From IMG/VR virus record IMGVR_UViG_2706795462_000001: DNA of 64,000 nucleotides; one strand, written 5' to 3'. A program made the translations under genes and the position numbers. Numbering within the stretch: position 1 is the stretch's first letter; each line of letters opens with the position of its first letter. This document shows, piece by piece, positions 24,245 through 33,898 of the stretch. Under the pieces are notes generated by a model. That model was not told the origin of the DNA. It saw only the letters and a list, made by a program, of their open reading frames with translations, and ran no database searches. The DNA comes from a virus (Duplodnaviria > Heunggongvirae > Uroviricota > Caudoviricetes > Herelleviridae).

Positions 24245-25408
24245 CTATTCTAATCCTAGTTTATCCATGATAGTGTCAAAGTCCATTGAATCACTAGATG
24301 AACTTTGAGTTTTTCTTGGTTCTTGTTTAGGTTCTTGTTTAATACCTAGAAGATTTTTTGTTGCTTCTGTGTATCTGTTATCTTCAGGTAAAGAACTAAT
24401 AAATTGATTAATTTCATCTTTAGGTACAGACTTGAAGATGATACTTTCTACAACAAACTCATCGTCCATTACTCCATCTAATTTACTTCCATTAATAATT
24501 GCACGCATTGAAAAGACATAAGGTAATCCTTTTTCATCGTTCTCATATCTTAATTTTTGTACAAAGTTTACTAAATCCTCATTACTTGATAGTTGGTGTT
24601 CTACCTTATTATCATAATCAAATTCAACTTGAGCAAAACGGTCTAATGTAGCTCCATCCAGTTGCTGTCTTCCTACATAAATGTGGTCTGCTCCAGTTCC
24701 CATAGTATTACCTGCTGATACTACTCTAAAGTCTTCATGTGCTGTCACACGACCAATAGGGAAGTCAAAGTATTTATTTGCAATAGCTGAGTTAAGAATT
24801 AATAATACTTCAGGGATAGATGCATCCATCTCATCTAGGAAGAATAATCCTCCATTTGTAAATGCTTTATAAAACTGAGTTTCATGAAACTTACCATTTG
24901 CATCAATAAATCCTGTTAATTTAAATTCTTGAGTAATTGCATTACTGAAATAGAAATCTAAGTCTAGAGCTTCTGCTACTTGCTCTAATACATGGTTCTT
25001 TCCTGAACCTGCTCCACCTTTTAAAAACACTGGAATATTTTGATTAACTAGTTTTAATATATCTTGATATCTATAATGGAAGATTCCTGAGATATCTTTA
25101 ATTGTTTTACCTTCTTGTTGTAATTCAATCTTAACTGGTAAATTATTAAGTTGTTCCTCTACGTATTCTTCAATTTGTTTTTTAACATCAGTAATAATTA
25201 TTTCTCTACTCTCAGTCCCTGCTTTCTCTACAATTGCATCCACAATTGCTTGTTCATAAGGGTTAGAGTTTTTCTCTCCTAGTTTATCTGCTAAGTCTTT
25301 CGTTGTCTGCATTTGTTGTTCTACCAATCTCTCTAATCTTTCAATAGTATCTTGCTTTGCCATATTTATCATTCTCCTTTGATTTGTTATACATTTATTA
25401 TAATACAA
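24245..25408 (-). CDS. AAA+ ATPase (MoxR / dynein-related subfamily-like)
   Basis: Walker A GGAGSGKN, Walker B LFFLDEMDAS, and a sensor region further C-terminal. Confidence 0.75.
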   Translation of the reverse strand: MYYNKCITNQRRMINMAKQDTIERLERLVEQQMQTTKDLADKLGEKNSNPYEQAIVDAIVEKAGTESREIIITDVKKQIEEYVEEQLNNLPVKIELQQEGKTIKDISGIFHYRYQDILKLVNQNIPVFLKGGAGSGKNHVLEQVAEALDLDFYFSNAITQEFKLTGFIDANGKFHETQFYKAFTNGGLFFLDEMDASIPEVLLILNSAIANKYFDFPIGRVTAHEDFRVVSAGNTMGTGADHIYVGRQQLDGATLDRFAQVEFDYDNKVEHQLSSNEDLVNFVQKLRYENDEKGLPYVFSMRAIINGSKLDGVMDDEFVVESIIFKSVPKDEINQFISSLPEDNRYTEATKNLLGIKQEPKQEPRKTQSSSSDSMDFDTIMDKLGLE

Positions 25409-25515
25409 GTATTTTCATTTGTCAACAACTTTCTAAAACTTTTTTAGTTGTTAATAAAAAAATTACCTTATACCTATAACTTAACATAGGGTAAGGTAAT
25501 TGTCAACACTTTTAT

Positions 25516-25857
25516 CTAAAAATACATTAATTTAAAAAAGTCATCAATGTCTTCAGTTCCATGTGTATCCATATTATACATAAACATACAATTATATGTA
25601 TGTTTATTCACTATTTCTAGCATATTGTGCATAGAAGTTGCATTATTGAATTCTTCTAAATCAATAGTTATCGTAAGTTCTTGACCTTCGTAAAGTATGT
25701 TTGCTATATAGTATGTTTTAACACCTTCCATTGTTCCGTGGGAAGTTTCATTATGATTAAGAACTTCTATACCTAATGAAGGTAAATAATCTGAAAAATA
25801 GTATTTGCAGAAATATATAAAATTGTCTGTTCTTTTAGACACGAGTACTATCCCCAT
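25516..25857 (-). CDS. hypothetical protein (may be fused with 25835..26251)
   Basis: No clear RBS before its ATG; the 23-nt overlap contains a G4 run, so a single 1-nt change would fuse the two ORFs. Confidence 0.4.
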   Translation of the reverse strand: MGIVLVSKRTDNFIYFCKYYFSDYLPSLGIEVLNHNETSHGTMEGVKTYYIANILYEGQELTITIDLEEFNNATSMHNMLEIVNKHTYNCMFMYNMDTHGTEDIDDFFKLMYF

Positions 25858-26251
25858 ATTTTATATTTCTTTCTAATCTTACATAATATGTTTTAATCTT
25901 TTGAACTTCTTTGTCTACTGCATCTTTTCTTCCTAATCTTGTAGTATATTTTACAATATTAAATATCATAGAATCAACAAAACCATCATAAGAAAAGTGT
26001 TCTTCTAGAAAAGAAATAACATCCTTACTACCTTTATAGTGCTCAGGTAAATGTGCATCTACTTGTATATTATAGTAATCTTCTAAAAGCCCTATACTTT
26101 CACCAAGACTAGATAAAGCATAACCTAAATCATTAGAGTCATTAGACCATTCTTTAGATACTGATAAAGCATCTTCTATAATTGTTATTTTTAATTTATC
26201 TAAGTAATCTTCTACTTGAGCTTGTGTTTTCATAAATTCTTTTGCATTCAT
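25835..26251 (-). CDS. hypothetical protein
   Basis: 138-aa ORF; RBS GGAGGGTATTAAATG. Confidence 0.5.
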   Translation of the reverse strand: MNAKEFMKTQAQVEDYLDKLKITIIEDALSVSKEWSNDSNDLGYALSSLGESIGLLEDYYNIQVDAHLPEHYKGSKDVISFLEEHFSYDGFVDSMIFNIVKYTTRLGRKDAVDKEVQKIKTYYVRLERNIKYGDSTRV

Positions 26252-26273
26252 TTAATACCCTCCTAAATTGTAT

Positions 26274-26307
26274 AAAAAAAACACCCTGCTTGGATACAAG
26301 CAAGGTG
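26274..26307 (-). terminator. rho-independent terminator (minus strand) after the MazG gene
   Basis: CACCCTGCTTG/CAAGCAAGGTG stem, T8 on the minus strand. Confidence 0.55.
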
Positions 26308-26383
26308 AAAAAGGAAAGATATTATGGAAGTGTACTATCTAAGTACACCTCATAATATAACAGTTTTCCTTGCTAGTTATTAC

Positions 26384-26686
26384 TTATTTTTTAAGGTCTT
26401 CTTCTTTAACAAACACTCCGTTAATAAGCTTACCTTTCCTGTCTTTTATCTCATCATAAGCCATATCAATACACTCTTCAATATCTATATCTAATTGTAA
26501 ACATAGTACTGTTAATACTACAAAAATATCTCCTACACTATCTCGTGTTACATGGTCATTACTTTTAGCAATACCTGAAGCTAATTCTCCTGCTTCTTCT
26601 AATAACTTTAACATTTGACCTTCAGGTTTACCTGTTTGTAAATTTCTATCTTTTGCCCATTGCTTAATAAGTTCTACTTTTTCCAT
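26384..26686 (-). CDS. MazG-like nucleotide pyrophosphohydrolase
   Basis: Helical NTP-PPase signature ..KLLEEAGELASGIAK.., 100 aa; terminator 26274-26307 downstream. Confidence 0.65.
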   Translation of the reverse strand: MEKVELIKQWAKDRNLQTGKPEGQMLKLLEEAGELASGIAKSNDHVTRDSVGDIFVVLTVLCLQLDIDIEECIDMAYDEIKDRKGKLINGVFVKEEDLKK

Positions 26687-26874
26687 TATTCTATATCTCC
26701 TTTAATTTCTGTATCTTTTATAATTAGATTATCAGAATCACTTATTACAGTTAAGTTATCTTCGACTAATTCATGTAGGTTATTAGTAATATCTTCTTCA
26801 TACCTATAACCTACACGAACATAAGCTTTCACCCTGACATCTATATTAACATAATCTTCTTGGAATTTTTCCAT
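26686..26874 (-). CDS. hypothetical protein
   Basis: 62-aa ORF coupled to the MazG start. Confidence 0.45.
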   Translation of the reverse strand: MEKFQEDYVNIDVRVKAYVRVGYRYEEDITNNLHELVEDNLTVISDSDNLIIKDTEIKGDIE

Positions 26875-26917
26875 TTCTAACTTCCTTTATTATACCATAT
26901 TGTTATACCTTTGTCAA

Positions 26918-27079
26918 TTAATCTGAGTAGTTTCCTTTGGCAAGTTGATACTTTTTGTGTAATTCTTCATATAATTCTCTCATACCTTCGTAGTTTCTCA
27001 TATCATCTTCCAAGAAACTAAGATAATCTAATAATAATTTAGTTTCTTCTACTTCTAAAGTTATAACTGGTTTGACCAT
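26918..27079 (-). CDS. hypothetical small protein (53 aa)
   Basis: RBS AAGGAGG then ATG; MVKPVITLEVEETKLLLDYLSFLEDDMRNYEGMRELYEELHKKYQLAKGNYSD. Confidence 0.4.
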   Translation of the reverse strand: MVKPVITLEVEETKLLLDYLSFLEDDMRNYEGMRELYEELHKKYQLAKGNYSD

Positions 27080-29131
27080 TTATGCAACCTCCTTAAATTC
27101 TTCTTTATTTATTTTCTTAATATCTTTTTCTAATGCTTCTTTTAGTTCATTAGGTAATTTATATGCATCAATTGATTGTTGCTGTCCTAACACATAACCA
27201 TTATCTGTAATACGTATTTCAACTGTAAACCATGAATTATCTAAATCTTCTTCTAATCTTGCTAATAATATTAAACAGCTATTCTTTAGAATTCTATTAG
27301 CATATCCTCCAACACAATGAGATAACATTCTACCTTCATCTTTTAATTTACTTACAGTATCTGCAGGAAGGAATTTTACTTTTCTACCATCTTTTAATTT
27401 ATAAGTTTTATCAATTATTTTTTCTAACTTATTATCATACTTAGCTTTAAGTTCTGCATCATCTAATTGTTGTTGAATGGATTGTTTTTCATCTGTAACT
27501 ATATCATGCTCTAACTTCAGTGAAAAAGGCGTTAAGTTAACACTCTCTAATGTTCTATACCCTTCTCGGATTAGTATTGATAAATCTTGTAAATAGTCAA
27601 GGTAATATCTATCTAGTGCATATCCTGTTATACGTTGTCTGTCTTGAGCATCTACATCTAAATAGTGCGTCATCTTTTTGTAGTTAGCAAAAGATATAGA
27701 TAATATTTGATTTACAATAGGTTTAACTTTTAAAGCATCAGTAACATCTCTTGAATCTCGAACCATTAAAAAAGTATCATCAAATAATTGGTGTAAATTA
27801 ACCTCATTGTGTAAATGATTATAGTACTTATATAGAGTATTAGCAAATCTTAAGTAATTACCTTGCTCAAATTTATTTAAAGTTAGTAATTTTTTATAAG
27901 TTTGTTTTGTAAGATTGAAAGCTTCATGAACTTTCCATTTAGGATTTTTAGGTATGTGAAATAGTAATGCATTTCTTTCAAATAATCCAAATTCCTCTAA
28001 GTTATTTATTTTGTCAATATTTTTAACAATATCTGTTAAAGTTGTTAAATAATTAGAAGTTGAATTTTCTCCTATAAAAATCCTATATTTGTCTCCTCTA
28101 TAATTTATATGACCATAAACATCTATATTATCCGGACACCAACTAGAAAAATCAAAATTATGGTGTTCTAATGTTTGTTCTATTATCTTTATTATAACCC
28201 CTCTATTTAAGTTAGGTTGTGAGTAATTTTTTAAAATAACATTTAATAAAACAGATAATGTCAATTCATTTTTATATTCACTTTTACTTATATCATCTTT
28301 ATACAAATTTAAAGTTAGTTCTTTATTAACAAGGCTATCTGTTAAGAAAACTTTAACCTCTCCTGTTTTAACATCAAATGAACTTTTATTTTCTAAAACC
28401 CATTTATTACCCATATTATGTTTATCTCTGATATGTCTAACTTTAAGACCGAAAGATGAATTATTCTCAGTACCTGGATGCATGTACCAAGCACTACTAT
28501 ACAATGAATCTGACATTTCCTTATAATACTTACTAGAGCCTTTTTCTGTATCTTCATTCATATAAGAAGTAATAGATGATTTTATTAAACCGTACTTACC
28601 TTGGTCTAGAATATCCATAATATCATCATTTAAATTATCTACTACTTCCTTATACTCATCTAATTGTCTAGCTTCATACCCCCATAATCGGGTTTCATTT
28701 CCTAATTCTTTGATTTTTTCTTCTGCATAACCTTTAGATTTTATTTGTCTTCTGCTCTTATTACCATATAAAGGAAATTCTTTTCTTTCTTCTCTACTGG
28801 ACTCAATATATTCTTTGTAATTTCTTCCTTTATTTTCTTCAACTACACCCTCAACTAATTTCTCAACTGTTTCATAAGGATTACCTGTAAAGTTTGTTAC
28901 TTCTTTATTACCACATAGTGCTAAGAATAAATGTATTTCTGTAGCAGTATCAAAACTAAATATGTTATGAATATCTCTAAATAGTTCCTTAGAGCCTAAG
29001 TTAATTATATTATTTTTCTTCTTCTTAAGGAATACATCTTCTTCTCCTATATAGATACATCCTTTATTAACTTTAGGTAAATTAATAATTTCTTGTTCTG
29101 TTAATCCTTTTTGTTTATATGTTATTGCCAT
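27080..29131 (-). CDS. large hypothetical protein (683 aa)
   Basis: Longest gene in the auxiliary block; RBS AAGGAG; no motif recognised. Confidence 0.6.
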   Translation of the reverse strand: MAITYKQKGLTEQEIINLPKVNKGCIYIGEEDVFLKKKKNNIINLGSKELFRDIHNIFSFDTATEIHLFLALCGNKEVTNFTGNPYETVEKLVEGVVEENKGRNYKEYIESSREERKEFPLYGNKSRRQIKSKGYAEEKIKELGNETRLWGYEARQLDEYKEVVDNLNDDIMDILDQGKYGLIKSSITSYMNEDTEKGSSKYYKEMSDSLYSSAWYMHPGTENNSSFGLKVRHIRDKHNMGNKWVLENKSSFDVKTGEVKVFLTDSLVNKELTLNLYKDDISKSEYKNELTLSVLLNVILKNYSQPNLNRGVIIKIIEQTLEHHNFDFSSWCPDNIDVYGHINYRGDKYRIFIGENSTSNYLTTLTDIVKNIDKINNLEEFGLFERNALLFHIPKNPKWKVHEAFNLTKQTYKKLLTLNKFEQGNYLRFANTLYKYYNHLHNEVNLHQLFDDTFLMVRDSRDVTDALKVKPIVNQILSISFANYKKMTHYLDVDAQDRQRITGYALDRYYLDYLQDLSILIREGYRTLESVNLTPFSLKLEHDIVTDEKQSIQQQLDDAELKAKYDNKLEKIIDKTYKLKDGRKVKFLPADTVSKLKDEGRMLSHCVGGYANRILKNSCLILLARLEEDLDNSWFTVEIRITDNGYVLGQQQSIDAYKLPNELKEALEKDIKKINKEEFKEVA

Positions 29132-29206
29132 TTAAAATCACTCCTTATTTGTTATGTACTAATCATATCATAGTAAGTCATATTTGTCAACAAAAAGAAG
29201 AACTTT

Positions 29207-29470
29207 TTAAAGTTCTTCTAAATGAGTTTCGTATATAACCTTTTGAATTTTATTTAGTGGTTCTAAATCTAAATTCCTAATAAGTTTTTCGTATTTTCTT
29301 GAATTCTTGAAGTTAATAGTATTAGGCATAGCAAGAGCTTCATCAACGTCTTTAGTATAGCTTACAACATCTGAATAGATATCTACTTCTTTTACATATA
29401 GACCTTGAGTTAAACTTCTAAATACTACCTCATTATGTGCTATAACTTCTTCTTTCTTTTCTATGCTCAT
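29207..29470 (-). CDS. hypothetical protein; start preceded by a G10 tract on its strand
   Basis: 87-aa ORF; upstream reads GGGGGGGGGGTTTACAAATG. Confidence 0.5.
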   Translation of the reverse strand: MSIEKKEEVIAHNEVVFRSLTQGLYVKEVDIYSDVVSYTKDVDEALAMPNTINFKNSRKYEKLIRNLDLEPLNKIQKVIYETHLEEL

Positions 29471-29477
29471 TTGTAAA

Positions 29478-29487
29478 CCCCCCCCCC
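29478..29487. repeat. C10 (G10 on minus strand) homopolymer upstream of gene 29207..29470
   Basis: GTAAACCCCCCCCCCTGG; window is otherwise AT-rich. Confidence 0.8.
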
Positions 29488-29491
29488 TGGT

Positions 29492-29665
29492 TTATTCTAC
29501 ACAAACAAGTACGTACTCTAAGCTAGTTAATGATACTGATTTAATATTATTTAATTCTTGCAATTTCTTAATATCTACATCATAGTTTTTACTTATAGTC
29601 CATAATGTCTCTCCTGCTCTTACTTTATGGTAATACTTATTCCCCTCTTTAATAAGGTCATCCAA
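29492..29665 (-). CDS. small LysM-domain protein (57 aa, TTG start)
   Basis: RBS AAGGAGG 9 nt before TTG; ..YYHKVRAGETLWTISKNYDVDIKKLQELNNIKS.. is a LysM motif. Confidence 0.45.
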   Translation of the reverse strand: MDDLIKEGNKYYHKVRAGETLWTISKNYDVDIKKLQELNNIKSVSLTSLEYVLVCVE

Positions 29666-29671
29666 TATTAC

Positions 29672-30250
29672 CTACCTCCTTGAGTAATAATTAGCCTGTA
29701 GATAACATATAAGTATAAGAACAAAGTTTATAAATTCAGTAGCTATAATATGAACATAGGTATGTGATAAAACCATACTTACTATCAACGAAGCTAATCC
29801 TAATCCAATAATAAGGAATAGAAATCTGTTTGTCCCTTCTGAACTTTTAGTTTTATAAAATGTTGTTATCTGAGTTACATACGCAAGGATAATAGTAATA
29901 GTTGCTACAGTTTGTGTTAAGGCTGTAAAGTCACTTAATAAAAATAGTAACAATGAGAACACAATAATAAAAGGTATAGAGAAATAATCCTTTTTTCTAT
30001 ATGAAGCTACTAATAAGCAAACAATACCTAGAGTTAAATTAAGACCAACTGATACTACTTGAAACATTGTAGCATCAGTTAATAGTAAATTGTAAAAACT
30101 AATACCTACTGTAGCTACAATTAAATACCAAAAATAACTACTAACTCCTTTAACACTATCCGATTTAACTAAAGCTATTAGACCTGGTATATAACCTACT
30201 GTAACTAATATAGCATATAATATACTCAAGTAATGTGATAAATTATCCAT
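29672..30250 (-). CDS. integral membrane protein
   Basis: 192 aa with about 6 hydrophobic helices. Confidence 0.55.
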   Translation of the reverse strand: MDNLSHYLSILYAILVTVGYIPGLIALVKSDSVKGVSSYFWYLIVATVGISFYNLLLTDATMFQVVSVGLNLTLGIVCLLVASYRKKDYFSIPFIIVFSLLLFLLSDFTALTQTVATITIILAYVTQITTFYKTKSSEGTNRFLFLIIGLGLASLIVSMVLSHTYVHIIATEFINFVLILICYLQANYYSRR

Positions 30251-30869
30251 CTTGTTCTCCTAATTTCTCTAATATTTCTAAAACTTCTTCCCAAGAGATA
30301 AATCCTTCTCCGTCTGTTAATTCCAAAACCATACCATAAACAAATTGATTTGTACTAAATTCAGCTCTGTCCGGGTCGTCATAACCTTTTCCATGTCCTT
30401 GACGAATATCCGAGCAATAAATTAAAACAGGTTTATTTACAATATTTTCAAGTTTTTCTACGATTAATTCCTCTTCTTCACTTAACCAAGTTTCAAATCT
30501 ATCTGATATATAATTAAAGTGTTCTTCTCCATTATCATATATATGGTTAATAGTTTCTTGTGCTTGATGCTTCATACCTAGTAAAATACCAAGTTCTGCA
30601 ATCGTTCCTAGCCCCTCATTAAGAATATCAAACACAAATATATCTGAGTCTTGCATAGCTTTAAAGTCATTGTTTAAAATGCGCTCTGCTAAACCAGTTT
30701 GTTCTGCATTAGCCTTATCATTAATTGATTTATCTTTATGAGGGCTGTAAGGAGTGACTCCTACAATACCTTCTACTTGCTTATGCTGTTTGTCTCTATA
30801 ATCTACCATAGCTTGGTTAAGTAGATGACCTCCCATATAAATTACTTTGTCTTTAATATAATTAACCAT
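30243..30869 (-). CDS. nucleoside 2-deoxyribosyltransferase-like protein
   Basis: Rossmann-like N-terminus VIYMGGHLL.., size and motif spacing resemble NDT family; same locus as in Twort-like phages. Confidence 0.5.
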   Translation of the reverse strand: MVNYIKDKVIYMGGHLLNQAMVDYRDKQHKQVEGIVGVTPYSPHKDKSINDKANAEQTGLAERILNNDFKAMQDSDIFVFDILNEGLGTIAELGILLGMKHQAQETINHIYDNGEEHFNYISDRFETWLSEEEELIVEKLENIVNKPVLIYCSDIRQGHGKGYDDPDRAEFSTNQFVYGMVLELTDGEGFISWEEVLEILEKLGEQDG

Positions 30870-31755
30870 TTATAGTATCTCCTTTTTCTTCTAGAATACC
30901 TCTTAAAATGTGTGGCATCTTTTTCTTAATTTGTTTTTCTATAATTTTCATCATATTTTCTTTTTCTTCTTCCATAATATCATCAACAAAATTTTGACCT
31001 ACTTGTTTCATAATTAAACCAAAATTTTCTAATTCTAAATCATCTTCAGACAATCTGTTTTCTTCTATAGCTCTAAAAATCATTTTTTCCATTCTTGATT
31101 TTGTGATAGCATAATCTGCCACAGAATCATTACTTCTAACTTCTGATTTCATTTTCTTACGACTAAACTCTTTAAATTCCTTAGATACTAATTTAAAGTA
31201 ATCATCATGTTCTGATTTACCATCTAAATATTTAATAACAATACCTTCTCCTGTATTAGGTTTAACAGTCATATCTGATTGTCCTACTAAATCTTGAATT
31301 TCTTGAGGATTTAATTCATTAAGATAAAAAGATGGTTCTACAATCATTAAAGTTTTTACAGTTTTCAAACCTAATGTTTCTGATAAAGAAATGACTTCTG
31401 AATGAGGTAAATAGGTTTCACTATCCTTATCGTATACATCGAATACATAAAAATCATTATAACAATCTTCTTTATAATTTACCTTATGTTTAACTAACCA
31501 TTCTCCAAATATAATAATACCTTCTAATATAGATAAATCTAATTTATCTGTCATGTTTTCATGTACCCAATTATAAAAACCGTTTAATGTTTCGTTTTCA
31601 TTTAATTTTTTTCTACGAGAGAAACAGACTAACTCACCATTCTCGGTAGTAAAACTTGCGTTGCTTCCATCTAATTTTTCTTGAATTACAAAACCTCTAT
31701 CTTTAAATTTGTCTAAAGATAATCCTTTATTTTTTACTTTAGTATAAGATTTCAT
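30862..31755 (-). CDS. ATP-dependent nucleic-acid ligase (RNA/DNA ligase, covalent nucleotidyltransferase superfamily)
   Basis: Motif I EKLDGSNAS (KxDG lysine adenylation site) near the N-terminus. Confidence 0.6.
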   Translation of the reverse strand: MKSYTKVKNKGLSLDKFKDRGFVIQEKLDGSNASFTTENGELVCFSRRKKLNENETLNGFYNWVHENMTDKLDLSILEGIIIFGEWLVKHKVNYKEDCYNDFYVFDVYDKDSETYLPHSEVISLSETLGLKTVKTLMIVEPSFYLNELNPQEIQDLVGQSDMTVKPNTGEGIVIKYLDGKSEHDDYFKLVSKEFKEFSRKKMKSEVRSNDSVADYAITKSRMEKMIFRAIEENRLSEDDLELENFGLIMKQVGQNFVDDIMEEEKENMMKIIEKQIKKKMPHILRGILEEKGDTING

Positions 31756-31758
31756 TAA

Positions 31759-31983
31759 TTAGTTATCCTCCTTTGAATTATGTACTATTGAAAATAAAAT
31801 AAGACTTACACTTGCTAAAAATGCTAATACCACTAAACCAGGTAAATTTAGAACTGTTGATAAGAATAATGATATTGCACTTATAATATAAACTAAACCG
31901 CTTAGAAATAAAGTTAATAATACAATTGTTATAAGTTTTACCAACCAACTGTTATTAATAAATACCTTAGCTAAATAATTCAT
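31759..31983 (-). CDS. small membrane protein
   Basis: 74 aa, two TM helices. Confidence 0.5.
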   Translation of the reverse strand: MNYLAKVFINNSWLVKLITIVLLTLFLSGLVYIISAISLFLSTVLNLPGLVVLAFLASVSLILFSIVHNSKEDN

Positions 31984-32050
31984 AAAAAATCCTCCTTAGT
32001 TATTATAAAGTAAGTATATCATAACTAAAGAGGTTTGTCAACATATTATT

Positions 32051-32791
32051 TTACCATTTAAAATTGTCTGCGTACTGAGCTAACTTAGAACGGAAATTAA
32101 CTGTAAAATTATGGAATACCGCACCATCATAATTTTTAAAATATTCCATATAATCTCCAAAACCTGATTTACTTTCATTTTTTAAATCTATTTGCTTGAA
32201 ATTTCCTTCAACTATTACTGTAGAATTTTTTGTATGAATCCTTGTAAGTACTTTCTTAAGTTCACTTCGTTTAAAGTTTTGTGCTTCATTTATAATTATA
32301 GTAGCATCCCTTAAATTACCGCCTCTTAAAAATAAATGTGATATTTGGGATACCCAACATTCACCTAATTTATCTTCTTTGACATTATCTTCCATCATTA
32401 ACATTTCGGTTATTTGTTGTTCAGGACTCATATTAAGTTCAATAAGGGCATCATGTAATCCCATGAAATAAGCCATTTCTTTTTCTGTTTGGTTACCAGG
32501 TCTACTACCTAAATCTTCTGATACAGGTGAAATTACAAATACTAATTTTCTGTTCTTATTTAGATAATCAGCATAAGCACAAGCTACTGAACACATTGTT
32601 TTACCCGTACCGGCTTGACTTTCATTCCAAAGTATTTCAACATTATCATTAAAGAAATCCTCACAGAAATCTAATTGCTCAGTTGTAGCTTTTTCAAGGA
32701 ATTCATTGAATACTAGATGTTCTCCCATGTTATATCTTACATTAGGATAATCCTTTAACTTAAAGTCTAACTCTTTTAGTTGTATTGCCAT
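32051..32791 (-). CDS. PhoH-like ATPase
   Basis: Walker A AGTGKT and PhoH-type downstream motifs (..VISPVSEDLGSRPG..; ..IIINEAQN..). Confidence 0.75.
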   Translation of the reverse strand: MAIQLKELDFKLKDYPNVRYNMGEHLVFNEFLEKATTEQLDFCEDFFNDNVEILWNESQAGTGKTMCSVACAYADYLNKNRKLVFVISPVSEDLGSRPGNQTEKEMAYFMGLHDALIELNMSPEQQITEMLMMEDNVKEDKLGECWVSQISHLFLRGGNLRDATIIINEAQNFKRSELKKVLTRIHTKNSTVIVEGNFKQIDLKNESKSGFGDYMEYFKNYDGAVFHNFTVNFRSKLAQYADNFKW

Positions 32792-32842
32792 ATTTTAAAG
32801 TTCCCCTATCTATAAATAGTTTTACTCTCTTTTAATATAGTA

Positions 32843-33457
32843 CTAATTACCTATATATTCACCTGTTGAAGAACAATAGTTACTGCAGTTACATTCAGGA
32901 TAATTTTCACAAACTTCTTCATCTTCATCATCAAATAAGTCTTCATGATAAATACTAGAATCAAAATCTACAATACAATTTTCCCCTTTACCTTTAGATA
33001 TGCCTGTGTAAATAACTTCATCAACCATATCCCAATCATTACTTACTAAGTAATTTACAGTATTTGATACTGAATCATTATCAGGTAAGTAGATATCACC
33101 ATCTGTAAACTTAATTAAAATATCTCCTTGAGGGAGTACATCATTAATTAAATCAATTTCTGTTTCTTCTTCAATTGTAAATACAGTTCCTTCTAGCTTT
33201 TCAGGAGTAGTATGTGTTAAATGTTTAACATCTTCTCCTGATTCTTCATAAAATCCTACTGCATTCATTTCCTTGTTATACTTTGCAATAAATTTACCAT
33301 TATCACTGACTAAATATTGACTGTTTGCATTATAATCTTCTGCATCTTCTAAAGTCATAGATGGGTTATGGTCTTTAACATAATAACTAATTTTTCTAAC
33401 ATCTGTTGTTTGAATTTTCTTTCCTTCACCTTTAATTACTGAATTAATTTTTTTCAT
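32843..33457 (-). CDS. hypothetical protein with Cys-rich C-terminus
   Basis: 204 aa; C-terminal CENYPECNCSNYCSS. Confidence 0.5.
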   Translation of the reverse strand: MKKINSVIKGEGKKIQTTDVRKISYYVKDHNPSMTLEDAEDYNANSQYLVSDNGKFIAKYNKEMNAVGFYEESGEDVKHLTHTTPEKLEGTVFTIEEETEIDLINDVLPQGDILIKFTDGDIYLPDNDSVSNTVNYLVSNDWDMVDEVIYTGISKGKGENCIVDFDSSIYHEDLFDDEDEEVCENYPECNCSNYCSSTGEYIGN

Positions 33458-33472
33458 AATATTTTCTCCTTT

Positions 33473-33898
33473 TTATATATCAATTGATTTTTTTGCAAGA
33501 TTATCAGCGTAGTCATTCCATTTATCATTTGAGTGGCTTTTTACTTTTACAAAGTTTATATCTATTACTTTTTGGTATTCTCGTATCATATTAATATATG
33601 TTTTACTTAGAATATTTCTTGCAGACCAAGTACCTTCATACCAATGTATTAAACCAATATAATCTATATAAACTATTGCCTGATTGTATCCTAATTTTAT
33701 AGCCTCTTCGATACCATAACAACAAGCTAATATTTCACCTGCAACATTATTATACTTTATCAATCCTGGTTTGTCAACACTTTTACTAATTTCCGCTATT
33801 ATATTTCCTTCTTTACTTACTAAGACAGCACCTGAGCCTACTTTACCTTTATTATAAGATGAGCTACCGTCTGTGTATATATTTACACTATCCTGCAT
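33473..33898 (-). CDS. ribonuclease H (RNase HI-like)
   Basis: IYTDGS..G.G.V.. catalytic Asp motif, ..AGEILAC.., ..KVKSHSNDKWNDYADNLAK..; start set at MQDSVNIYTDGSS after RBS GGAGGATTATAAAT. Confidence 0.75.
   Translation of the reverse strand: MQDSVNIYTDGSSSYNKGKVGSGAVLVSKEGNIIAEISKSVDKPGLIKYNNVAGEILACCYGIEEAIKLGYNQAIVYIDYIGLIHWYEGTWSARNILSKTYINMIREYQKVIDINFVKVKSHSNDKWNDYADNLAKKSIDI

Noticed and set aside
25835-25857. Frameshift fusing genes 25516-25857 and 25835-26251
   Set aside because: Plausible (G4 run, no RBS for the downstream ATG) but a G4 tract is much less error-prone than the A/T 7-8-mers. Without homology evidence, kept as two genes with a note.
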